Assembly: GCA_041946875.1 (NCBI GenBank) | Contig: JBHGBG010000001.1 | Location: 10,996 to 74,995, forward strand | DNA: 64,000 bases | DNA from: Candidatus Bathyarchaeia archaeon | Lineage (GTDB): Archaea > Thermoproteota > Bathyarchaeia > Bathyarchaeales > Bathycorpusculaceae | Direction of reading: 5' to 3' | Shown here: positions 63,260 to 64,000 of the stretch, in pieces | Numbering within the stretch: position 1 is the stretch's first letter | Layout: the number at the start of each line of letters is the position of its first letter | Notes under the pieces: model-generated | Seen by the model: the letters and a program-made list of their open reading frames with translations, nothing else | The model's database searches: none | Told to the model about the DNA's origin: nothing | Position numbers and translations under genes: made by a program

Positions 63260-64000
63260 TCAGCTCGTTCTTTTCTGCAGTCTCCTCGCAATCACTGCTG
63301 TTGGAAGCACGAGAGCCATCAGAGCCAACGCCAGGATTATGCTTGGGAACTCTGGCACCGGGTCAGCGCTTATGAGCACCGTTTTCGACGAGGGGTTGGC
63401 GCTCATGTGGCTGGCGCTTCCGCCGCTGCTCCCTCCGCCGTCTGAGTCCCAGAATATCGAAATTGTGCCGATGTCACCCTGCGCCCAGCCTATGTCTTTG
63501 CCCTCGGCGTCTCCGCTGTTCAGCGGCTTCTTCAACTCGACGATGACGAATTTTGAAGCGTTAACATTAATGACTCCTTTCCCGTCTTGGCGGGCGTCGT
63601 TGGCGGGGACGATTCCGCCTTCGGTGAAGTGTATGTCCACGTATCCGTTCGGCGAGAGGTTGTCGTCCCCGAAAACCGCGCCGTCCGCCGAGGTTGACAT
63701 GCAGAAGCTTGGTCCAAGCTGGAACGCCACCCACGGGTTTTCGGAGTCGGCGACGAATCTTAAGCCGACGTAGAGGTTGGTTCCGTCCTGTTTCAGCCAG
63801 AGATGTGCAATGCCCCAGGGGCTGATGGCCACATTGGTGAAGGAGCCCGCGTCGTCCCACTCGCTTCCGATGACTCCGTCGATTTGGCTGTCGGGTATCG
63901 AGTTTCCCCGGAAGGCTTGGCAGTCTTCCTGCGCGCAGACAAGGCTGACCGAAACAAGTGAGGCGAGAAGCAGTCCAACTACTGTGAGACCGTAGATAAA
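63260..64000 (-). CDS. Secreted protein with C-terminal PEF-CTERM-like sorting signal (5' end runs off the window)
   Basis: The reading frame stays open to position 64000, and the upstream part encodes a signal peptide (...GLLLASLVSVSLVCAQE). The C-terminus PVPEFPSIILALALMALVLPTAVIARRLQKR gives a PEF motif + TM helix + basic tail. Confidence 0.6.
   Translation of the reverse strand, partial: FIYGLTVVGLLLASLVSVSLVCAQEDCQAFRGNSIPDSQIDGVIGSEWDDAGSFTNVAISPWGIAHLWLKQDGTNLYVGLRFVADSENPWVAFQLGPSFCMSTSADGAVFGDDNLSPNGYVDIHFTEGGIVPANDARQDGKGVINVNASKFVIVELKKPLNSGDAEGKDIGWAQGDIGTISIFWDSDGGGSSGGSASHMSANPSSKTVLISADPVPEFPSIILALALMALVLPTAVIARRLQKRTS

Overview
This window is an archaeal chromosomal segment. 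Archaeal informational markers are KEOPS Kae1/Bud32/Pcc1, proteasome beta, ribosomal protein S15, an aEF-2-family GTPase, NucS, a RecJ/GAN-like DHH nuclease and two intron-containing tRNA genes. The metabolic content is anaerobic and F420/ferredoxin based: cofE, mer, cofC and npdG; an HdrA-MvhD fusion with a polyferredoxin; two tandem aldehyde:ferredoxin oxidoreductase + 4Fe-4S modules; and an ADP-forming acetyl-CoA synthetase fused to a GNAT domain. This profile fits a Bathyarchaeia-like or related non-cultivated archaeon, but that is inference only. Most of the window is ordinary housekeeping sequence with tightly packed or overlapping genes and GGAGG-type ribosome-binding sites. The accessory or unusual parts are: (1) a roughly 2.4-kb low-GC islet inserted at the 5' end of a tRNA-Asp gene. 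It is bounded by 23-bp direct repeats and carries a LAGLIDADG endonuclease plus a DUF5343-like + PD-(D/E)XK-like two-gene cassette, with no integrase. (2) The tRNA-Asp itself has a non-canonical D-loop intron, and the distal repeat preserves an intron-less version of the junction. (3) A roughly 55-60-nt intergenic repeat family has four same-strand copies. (4) A second low-GC islet encodes two orphan membrane proteins. (5) The EF-2-family protein lacks the diphthamide histidine. (6) A rearrangement scar consists of an orphan hdrA 3' fragment and a truncated ABC ATPase. (7) Both tRNAs have C instead of U at T-loop position 55. All functional calls come from motif recognition by eye; no database search was run.
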